The notes beneath the pieces were generated by a model that was not told where the DNA came from, searched no databases, and was given only the letters and a program-made list of their open reading frames with translations. The position numbers and the translations under genes are program-made. A DNA stretch of 64,000 nucleotides from Octopus vulgaris (taxonomy: Eukaryota), in contig OX597814.1 in assembly GCA_951406725.2 (NCBI GenBank), positions 11,966,001-12,030,000 on the forward strand, read 5' to 3'. Positions 53,661-64,000 of the stretch are shown one piece after another. Every line of letters begins with the position of its first letter. Position 1 is the first letter of the stretch.

Positions 53661-53999
53661 CTAAGCAAAATAAAGAGAGAATGTTTAAACAGAATGCATA
53701 AGGAATAAAATCAAGAGAAAGTGTTCGCATAATCCAAATAACCTTACATACAAATCGTAAATCTACGCAAGTGTACTGGTTATGAGGCTAGTACATTCAT
53801 AGCTGAGTAAACAAAGGAACAGAGATAACGGTCTTACATTCTATAATCTGTGACAATTGTTTCAATAATCAAGAGAAATTTCTTTATCAATCAAGATGTA
53901 AAAATTCATACGAAACTATACGATATTACGACAATTTTACTAATTATTTTTTCAGACTAGTTACAAAGATAACGTCAAAAAAAAAAAAAGGCACTGGTT

Positions 54000-55020
54000 T
54001 ACATAGAATTGAACCTATTAAATATAATGAACGAAGGAAGGGCATAGAAGGCAAAGTAATAAATCACAACCAGCAGTAATGAATTATAAACACGCTCTCA
54101 GAAATTCACCCAAGTAGGAAGACTATATAGAAACAGACTGCTTTATTATTTCTCAGCGCTAAGGCAATTGTAAACTGCTGGGGTCACGAATATTCATAAT
54201 TCGAGAACCGTCTAATTTATTGTAAATTGTATATTAAATTTTGAGGGGTAAGAAGTTAAGAATGGAAACAAAAAGGTTCAAAGACACAGATTACTTCTAA
54301 ATATTCTCAGAGTGGTGCCATTAATGAAAAGATAAAAATTATAAAGAAGAATAACACGATAAGAATATGACTGAAATACAAACCAAAGTTAAGAAAAAGG
54401 AGCTAAAATAAGGGTTCACCACATAATTTATGAGATCGATATTAGGTAATGCCAGAGAAGTTAAGATAATTTACAATTGAACTAAATTTATAGATTGGTT
54501 TGTTCGGTGAGAAATTATTTAAGCGGTGATATCCGAGATGTGAAACACTTATAGATTCACCAGCGATAAAGCTGTAATTGACACGAAGAATAAGGACGCT
54601 GTTTTAAACATTCAATTTAATTAATTAGCTAATCGGAATTTTTATGAGTATTTTATTGAATCAGTGTAAATGGATCAGTAATTCGTTACGTTCGTCAATT
54701 AAGTTAGATGTACATTCAAGGATTTCTAGTGCTTCTATAAAAGAAAGGCTACAGCTACCAACCTCGATGTTGAACACAAACAAGAAATCTAAATTATCTA
54801 GACAAGAATTAGATACTCTATTAGCAGCTAGGAAAACTATTATTGAATTCGAAGGTAATAACTGGACTAGAAAGGACTGACCTAATAATTTCTACATAAC
54901 CATGGGTTCAAGCGACTCGGCGCTGGTTACTGATCTCGTATGAAAGGACACTTTGTGATCGCTGAAATCAGAATCTATTACATATCAAAATATCTCAATA
55001 GGTATTCTTGTTTTGCAGGA
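54000..55020 (+). mobile_element. Second decayed Penelope-like RT fragment
   Basis: LSRQELDTLLAARKTIIEFEGNNWTRK..NNFYITMGSSDSALVTDLV resembles the PLE pattern ARKSLLF....W.KK....FDVTMGSYDGAE.CELVG; boundaries approximate. Confidence 0.7.
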
Positions 55021-55075
55021 ACGGGAAAGCTTTGCTCTATCAGTGTTATTGGTATTTTATTTTAGAAGCATACAG

Positions 55076-55138
<63 letters not shown>

Positions 55139-56477
55139 ATATATATATATATATATATATACAGTAGAAACAGTACTGTACTGTATATTTAAAAAAAATA
55201 TTTTTATAATTTGCATATTATTTTTTTTTTCCCTAGTTTCAGCTCAGAGCTGCGGCCATGCTGATGCACCGCCGTTTTGTGCTACACTGTTATTGCGACG
55301 AACCTCGTCTAATATGTGGCACTTGGTGAAGAATGGAGTTTGATACAGCTACTCTCATTTGCACCTCTTGCCGTGAGGTAGGTTAATCTGGGACTCTTTT
55401 ATTGTAAATGCAAAACAACACCATGGAGGAATTGATGTAAGCTTAAATAATAAATCGCGATAGGGCGTGGGAGAGATTACTATATATATATGTGTGTATA
55501 TAAACGTTTGTATAGATGTATACATGTCTCCATCTAAGCATTAATGCTATCCCGTTTGATCGTTTTGAAGTTGCTCAAGACACATCGAGAGATTTTGCAT
55601 CAACATTTCATCAGTAACATTATCATCGTACGTTTGCACCCTGATACAAATACAGTAGTCGGCTGATTAGCAACATCGAAACGATCCTATTGAACTGCAT
55701 TAATAAATAGATAAAAAATTGATACGTATTTCAGCCGAGAATCGAAGTGATGGTGCGAACTAAACTCACAAATAATTTACCTTATTCAAAGACGCACATC
55801 ATTGGTAACAATATATATTGATTTCAAATTTTGGTGCAGGCCATCAATGTCGGAGAATGGAATAACTCGACCCCAATTTGTACTTCTTTTATCAATCTCG
55901 AAAGTATGAAAGGCAAAGCCGACCTCGGCGGAATTTGAACTCTAAATATGAAAACGGACGAAACGCCGCTAAGCATTTCTCCCGGCGTGCTAACGATTCG
56001 GCCAGCTCGTCAAAATATATATTAACTAATATTCTACAAAACATCCTTATATCTCTTTTCCTTTCCTTCCGTCACATCTCTCTCCATCTCTCTCTATTTT
56101 CCTGCTTTATTAGCGTTTTAGAAATTTCATTTAATAGACATTTGCCACTTATCAATAATTTCCACGAGGGGTTATATATTAAACTTACCCTCTCATGGGA
56201 TATGGTATCAAGTGTTATTTATGATGTTTTGGCAATAGACTGGGTACGATATTTAGTTCTACATTGCTTCAGCTTAGTATATTTAGTATATGTACAATAT
56301 ATATATATGTACATATATATATATATATACATATTATCCGCTGAACATATATGTATATATAACTGTATATATATATTTTAGTTTCAAGTTGAAGCTAATT
56401 CATTTCCCCTAAGTAGTTAATACCCATGAGAAAAATGTTTTAGTAAGAAATTGATACATAACAACGAAATTGTACAA

Positions 56478-56479
56478 AT

Positions 56480-56514
<35 letters not shown>

Positions 56515-56529
56515 GTATATATATATATG

Positions 56530-56608
<79 letters not shown>

Positions 56609-56629
56609 GTATATGTATATATATATATG

Positions 56630-56666
<37 letters not shown>

Positions 56667-56756
56667 GTACATATATATATATATATGTACATATATATAT
56701 ATATATATACATATATATATGTAATATATAAATATATGTGATATATATATATATAT

Positions 56757-56798
<42 letters not shown>

Positions 56799-56836
56799 CA
56801 CACACATACATATGTGTGTGTGTGTGTGTGTGTGTG
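56478..56836. repeat. (TA)n/(TG)n microsatellite tract
   Basis: Seen directly. Confidence 0.95.
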
Positions 56837-59092
56837 ATTTTTAAAATAAATTAAGCTAATATATACATTTGAAATGGTTTTAAAATAAACGAACTAGAAA
56901 GTTTAGATATATAAATATGAAGCTGTTCTCAGATACGTTTGTTGTTCTATTTCTACTAATTATATTAAAAACTTTAGCGGTTAATTTGAGATTCTTTTAC
57001 TGATTTTAATCAGTAGACTGTGGCCATGTTGGGGTATTGCCTCTAAGGAGTTAAAACTGATTATATCGATTTCAGTATTCATTTTAATGGTCTGTATTTA
57101 TTTTATGGAATTAAGAAGTGCGAAAGACGAAGTAGATCAAAACGAAATTTGAACTCAGAACGTAAAAGGCTGCACCCAAAAAGCAGACCAATTAACCCTG
57201 CGCTCAACAAAGCAAAAACTAATAAAAGCAAACAAACCAAACGAAAACAAAAACTAAACGGCTGATAGGGATCGAACAAAAGTTTTTAAAAGCTCTAACG
57301 TAATATTTAGGCCATGAAAGTTATGCATTCATATATCAGGGGTTAATTTTTGTAATAAACATCGAATCGAAATGTTAGATGTTACCATGTGAAGACGTAG
57401 CTGAATGCCTATCTACAAATCATCAATGGAAAATGAGATATTTGTAGGCGTAGAAGTGTTAAGTTATAACAGTAACACATTTATAAAAGCGTGTAGTCTG
57501 ACAGAGCACAGTCAAAAGTGTAATGTTATCGGTAACGCGCGGTTACCCGGCAGGCAATAGACACGCAGCTTGGGATTCATTATAAGGCAGATTGTTTTTG
57601 TGCTGTCCCAAGATAGTGATTATAATGTCATGTATATTTCGCTTTGCGAGACTAATAATCTGGTGTAGAACTCAATATACGCATATTTCTGAACAAGTGT
57701 TAGATGAGTATAGAGCGGTAATAAGAAAAAGAGATGACAATGGTTATGTTATTATAGCTGTTTCTGCTATAAGATGCTGTGGACTATTAGTTGAGTGCCT
57801 GGATAATATCTTATAACTTCATCGGAGCCTCGAACATGACTATTGTTTTGCCTGTGTCATTTTTTCCTTTATATATCAAAACAAAAATACAAAAAATACC
57901 CCAGTAAAACGTTCAAAGCACGTTCACAGTTAACACTAGACTGACGCTCAAAGAAGAAAAAGGTTATAAAATGAAAGGTATAGAGTAAAAGTGTAACATT
58001 TCGGGGATTGACCGTCAGATACAAATAGAAAAGTTTAGGTAAGAGGAGAAAAACAGAGGAAAAAATACATAGGAAAGGAGAGAGTTAGGGAGTGTGAGAG
58101 GTAATTGTGGCTTCTAAAGGCAAGAGAATGTTTGTTGATATATGTGCAAATATGTATGTGTGGGTGAGCGCGTATGTGTGAGGGTATACGTGCATAAAGT
58201 GTATATATATATATATATATATATACGTACACACACATATGCTTCTCTCGGACAATTCTTTTTTTTGTCTGTCTGGACTTCTCCCTCTTTCTGATGAAGA
58301 GACATATTCGAAACGTCACACCACCTCTTTTTTTTCCATCTTAAACTTTCTCTGAGCATCAATCTAATATATTCACTGTGTATGACCTTTTGACCTTTGT
58401 TGTTTTCCCTATTTTTCTTATTAATTTTTCCCTTAAATTCTATTAACTATTAAACATCACAAACTACAATGAATAACTGAATCCTGGCGATGCTTTAATG
58501 AAAGCCGAAACTATGTGATTCGAACGCTAAACCTGGCTGGTGACAATTTTATGATTGAACTACAGGGTCAATTTTTTCAATGAGTCTAAATAAATGTTTA
58601 TTAAACATACGGCCAAAACTAATTACAAATTTAATCTCAACTATACTGTGTCGGTATTTCATTTTATTACTGTAGCCAGCCAACTTTGCATCGCTATGTA
58701 AATGTAACCGTTCTTATATTTTTCGTAAATGGTATCACAACATTCTCTTGGCTGGATGTTTAATGAAATGCGAAACTAGTGGATGTAATCTTCCATCATC
58801 CTAGCCGTGGAGAGGGATGTGGTTAACTACAATGGAGCTAAATATATGTTTGTTAAACATGTAGTACAAATCTCTCTCATATATATATATATTCACACAA
58901 TATACGTACGCGTATACACATACACATATACAGGTATACTTACATTTACAAGCATACAAACATACGTATTTGCGCCCACAACATCCCATACGGGCAAAAA
59001 GAGAAGTAAACAGGATATTTTGCTGAGTGGAGAAAAAAATGGTGGGTGTGTGTGTGAGTGAGTGAGTGAGAGAGAGAGAGAGAGAGAGATAG

Positions 59093-59166
<74 letters not shown>

Positions 59167-59394
59167 CGAGAAGAAACCTTTTAATATGAATTGGTTAATA
59201 AATTGTTCATTCTTTATTTCGCATCCATCAAAACTCGAAATTAAGAATAAGTACAAAATAAAAGGGAGAAAAAAACAACAACAACAAAACAAAACAAAAA
59301 ACAAATAAAAAAGCAAAACAAATGAGTACAAAAAGAAACATTATAAAAATTAGTTTTTCGAAATACTGCATCTTAATTATCAATTAGTACCAAC

Positions 59395-59506
59395 CAAAAT
59401 TGAATTCCCTATAAGCACTCCATATCCATCTTGCTCCCATATAAACCTTTCCGTTGAACGACCTGCATTGTTTTTCCCTGGGATCTGGTATACCCGGACG
59501 ACATTT
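59395..59506 (-). CDS. ADAMTS-superfamily exon, start of Cys-rich region (KCRPGIPDPREKQCRSFNGKVYMGARWIWSAYREFNF-G)
   Basis: ttacag/gttggt, 112 bp, phase 0/1. Fits the C....D.R..QC...N....G....W pattern. Confidence 0.88.
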
Positions 59507-59613
59507 CTGTAAAAGTTTAATTAATAGACATATAAGAAACATGCTCAAATACAAAGAAGTCTTTTCGAAATTGAGTTCTGTTTATTTCAAAGCTTCACAA
59601 TTTTTATTTATAA

Positions 59614-60015
59614 CTAGCAATATCGCCCGGCGTTGCTCGGGTTTGTAAGGGAAATAACTATATACGCAATTTTAGAGAGTTATAGCCAAAAAATAGCAAA
59701 AAATGCATTAAAAATGGAAAAAAAATGATGGTAAATTAAAAAAAAAAATCGTTGACTCATCGTAGACATTTTTAGAGAGTTACTTCCCTTATATAATAGC
59801 GAAAAAAATGCATTAAAATGGAAAAAAATGATGGTAATTTTTTTTTAAAATCGTAGACTCATCGTAGACGCGCGCTAATACCCAGATGGGCTCGATATGA
59901 ATCACGACTATAAGATACCCGGTTTTGGTTAAACTGCACCGCAAAATGTGGGAGTAGTTAGGAATCTAAATCGTAGGAGACAGACACCACACAACTTGAC
60001 TTTTATATATAAAGA
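59614..60015 (-). mobile_element. Non-autonomous Helitron, same family as 23529-23921
   Basis: Near-identical reverse complement with TC...CTAG ends. Confidence 0.88.
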
Positions 60016-61197
60016 TTATACCGTAAAAATATATTTCTAACTTGTCTCAATTGCTAAACGGTCTTTCTTGATCCTCTCGATAGAACTACAACTAAACTTT
60101 AAGGTAACAGAGAAATGGTTTGAGAATTTAAGGGTTCGTCACCGGTCACTAACACTGCTTTCGCTCTGTTTAATTACACTATTTTAATTTAAAAAAATGT
60201 TTTATGCGCCCTAGGCATGGGCCCGGTTTCCCGGTTTCTGTGGCGTGTGTTCCCCCCCTCCCCAGCTGGACGGGACGCCAATCCATCGAAGCGTTATTCA
60301 AGAAACAGGAAGAGAGAGTGAGAGAAAGTTTGGGTGAAGGAGTACAACAGGGGTCGCAACCCCCAGCCCCCCTGCCGGAGCCTCGTGGAGTTTTAGGTGA
60401 TTTTGCTCAATAAACACACACAACGCCCGGCCTGGGAATCGAAACCGCGATGCTCCGACCGCGAGTCCGCTCGCCTAACCACTGGGCCATTGCGCCTCCG
60501 CAATTACTATATTAATGTCTCGTAATTGATGCTATGTAAAACACACTTTCTTCCTCATTTGCTCCCAAAGTCTCACATTACCACCTTGGGTCCTATATGC
60601 AAAGATGGGCCTCCCATAAACTAATTCTCTTCCTGAATCTGAATATACTCTGAAAGCGGGGTGCGTCAATTATACCCGTGCGTTTTTTAAACCAACTAAT
60701 ACGGTAAAAATCAAATGCAAAAGAACACTACCACATCAGTGCAAAATCGTTTCGTTATCTTGCAGTGTTGAATTCGATTCCTATCTTGTGTATTTGAGAA
60801 TATAATCTCAGCACAAAATCAGATATCGCTTTTTTTTTATTACGAGCTGTGTATATTTATTGGTTTATGGGTAATTATCCGTTACATGGAGAAGTCTTCA
60901 CGTACCTCTGGCTAACACTATACATATATCTTAATGATGTAGGTAGCTCACACCACCTTTGAGGGAACGGCCTTGGTACGAACAAAATGGAGATGGTTGT
61001 GTCAAAATGGTATTAACAAGCTTCGGGGTGTAAGGCAAAGGAGAAAAGTGACTGCAAATATACCGCCTACATTTATCTGTAATCGTTGTAAATCGTTGGC
61101 AGGACATAAATGTCACATCCGACATAAGCATTATGACTGATAAAGAAAGAGTACGTTGTCTGAGCTTCATACGTCGAAACCGAGAGGAGAGTCCATC

Positions 61198-61251
<54 letters not shown>

Positions 61252-61546
61252 ATCACGTGACCGATCAGACCATCAGATGTTGTTACACATCACTGGTCAC
61301 AATGCGTTCGCATTGTTTTAGCCTTTGAATGACGCCACCCCGCTGGCTAAGCGAGCAGGCCAACAAAAGAAAGAGTGAGAGAAAGAGTGGGGAAGGAGTA
61401 CAGCAGGGATCACCACCACCTGCCGGAGCGTCGTGGAGCTTTTAGGTGTTTTCGCTCAATAAACACTCACAACGCCCGGTCTGGGAATCGAAACCGCGAT
61501 CCTACGACCGAAAGTCCGCTGCCCTAACCACTGGGCCATTGCGCCT

Positions 61547-61645
<99 letters not shown>

Positions 61646-63603
61646 CCACAAAACGCTTTACGATGACAAAATAATCGTTATTAGTACAGAAAACGAAGTC
61701 ATATTAGAGCTATTGAGAGAGACTATGTAGCAACTTGACTCTCAAGAAATAGCAGCCAAATCTCTCTCAAATCAGAGCCTGCCATTTTAAAAAGAGAGGG
61801 GCAGTATAGATAACGATAAGTAGTTCTGAAAAGACTGACGTGATGGATACCGCTGGAATGATCGATTAATTCGACTAATGATCGACTGCAGTTTAGAAGC
61901 AACAAGTCATACTTTTCGTACGAAACTGGAAAGGAATGTTTAACACTGAGAGCAGATAGCTACGCTGATAAAGATATCAAACTTCGAACCGCATTATTAG
62001 GAGCTCGTACCTTCTATCAGGCGCTATATGATTACCTTGGATAAGGCATGTCAGAAATCACTTACTATAAATTGTCGTTGTTTGGCCCCAAGACGGAACT
62101 AACTGAACAAATCTCTGATAAAACATATTCCACCTCGTTTTTTTTAAGCATAACCTACCTCAAATTACATCATCATCTTTATTTTTCCCTTTCTGTAAGA
62201 CAGTGGAGGGTAATTTGTGGAACATTTCGTAACTAATTCTAGAAGCTCCAGTGACGACCGTGAGTGGTCACTTTATCGTTCTAAACGATGGATGCTTCAT
62301 AAAATTGATAAGTATTTCGATGTTTTGCCGTACTGAGTTCAGTTCTTCCAGTATGTAGGATGCAGGCCTCGCATCCTACATTCGTTCTATTAGAAAACAT
62401 TAATCTTTTCGTTCATTAAATGTTACAGACACCGAAGATCGGTATTAGTTCTATGGATCACAGAGATTAGTGGAAAGGCAAAACCAAATTTAAAAAGGAC
62501 AATTTTGTCTCAGTTGCTGTCTTTTAGCATTTGCTTCAATCATTGGACTGTGGCCATTCTGGGGCACAGCTTTGATTACAATAAATTAGCAGAGTCTCTT
62601 GAAAAAAAATAACAAGAACTCTCAATAAATATTTCAGCTGCGATTGATTAAAACACTGTTGCTGAGTTTGTAAAAATATTTATCCTTCTAATAAGAACAG
62701 TGCCTTAAGTTTGACAGATATGAAATTAATTAAAATCCCACAAGAGTTTATTAAGGGCCAGGCATAGTTTCTAGGAAATTAAATCAGCTTTATTATTTCT
62801 TTCAATTCGAGAGTTTTAGAAGTCTATATTAATGAGAAATATATTTAGTCAATTGAAGCCCGATTGGAATCTAGTAAAAAAAAAAAAAAAAAATCGAAAA
62901 TCAGGAGGGGATATAATAAAAAAAAAATTGCTAAAGGAACATAAATTTCTCGTAATAACATACATATTTTATTTTAGGTGTGATATAGTCCGTAGTATAA
63001 CTTACTCCACGATCTGAAGTCGTGAATATATACTAAATAAATTGTTTCTAATTTAGGTACAAGGCCAGCAATTTTGAGATGAGTTATCTCGTTAAGGACA
63101 TCGAACACCACATCTGACTGGTACCTTATTTCATTGATCCTAGAGGGATGAAAGCAAAGTTGACAACGACGGAATTTGAACTCAAAACGTAAAGAGCCAG
63201 AAGAAATATAGCATGGCATTTCGACTAACGCTCTAACGATTATGCCAATCAACATTCTTGCATAGATGATATAAAATGCTGTATATTTTTCTTTCTCTAT
63301 TGCGGGCAGTGCGTTGTATGAAAGACAAGCTTCTTCAGCTTCCGAAAGGCTTAGCCGTATTCTCATTAACTAACACAATAAATATATATGATAGAAATGA
63401 AGTTCTGCAATAAACGCTCCAAAATTATCGAACAAAATAACATTGCAAATAATGTCATCTTAATCTAGACATTGTACATAAATGGGTAGTTCCCGAAAAG
63501 TTTGAATCTCATAAATAACAATGATAGATGGTGACCTTTTAAATCAATGCAAGAATAGTGAATCAATTCCACAAACTAGATTTGGCAAATATACAAGACT
63601 TAC

Positions 63604-63667
63604 GTTCAGATTGCATACACCTTGCTCCACGCTGGGACCATTGCAACGAGGTTTACCTATTTGATGC
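63604..63667 (-). CDS. ADAMTS-superfamily gene, exon ending a TSP1 repeat (HQIGKPRCNGPSVEQGVCNLN)
   Basis: ttctag acceptor and gtaagt donor, 64 bp, phase 2/0. CxG......CN pattern closes the TSP1 that precedes the Cys-rich region. Earlier exons lie beyond the window. Confidence 0.85.
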
Positions 63668-63748
63668 CTAGAAAACATCAACACGAGCAAAAAAGAATGA
63701 ATGAATGAGAGAGAAAAAAAAGGAAAATGTTCATGGACAGACAAATGA

Positions 63749-63791
<43 letters not shown>

Positions 63792-63910
63792 TATATACAC
63801 ACATACATGTATATATATATATATACATACATGTATCTATCTATCTATCTATCTCTCTCTCTCTATATATACATATATATACATACATACATGTATATAT
63901 ATATATATAT

Positions 63911-63987
<77 letters not shown>

Positions 63988-64000
63988 CATGTATATATAT

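Overview
Repeat-rich, AT-rich animal genomic DNA. The SINE families and microsatellite load suggest a cephalopod (Octopus-like); that is inference, not a database result. The window holds two convergent intron-containing genes, which the ORF track only shows as fragments. (1) Plus strand: the last five coding exons of the ER E3 ubiquitin ligase MARCH6/TEB4 (2927-11513), with a long Q/A/P-rich C-terminal extension and possibly a ~10 kb 3'UTR ending near a poly(A) signal at 21646. (2) Minus strand: nine exons of an ADAMTS-superfamily gene (63667 to 35614: end of a TSP1 repeat, cysteine-rich region, start of the spacer cut by a 100-N gap, TSP1 repeats, PLAC, stop), with splice phases consistent on both sides of the gap. 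The rest is tRNA-derived SINEs, 3' ends of RTE and CR1 LINEs, decayed Penelope-like elements, non-autonomous Helitrons, Tc1/mariner fragments, MITEs and a 151-copy (CTGTC)n array. The most notable observations are several hammerhead-ribozyme-like motifs (two in tandem, sense-oriented, in a MARCH6 intron), a 290-bp palindrome, an unclassified GC-rich island whose duplicated unit has an internal segment flipped, and an apparent CpG-depletion boundary at the end of the MARCH6 unit.
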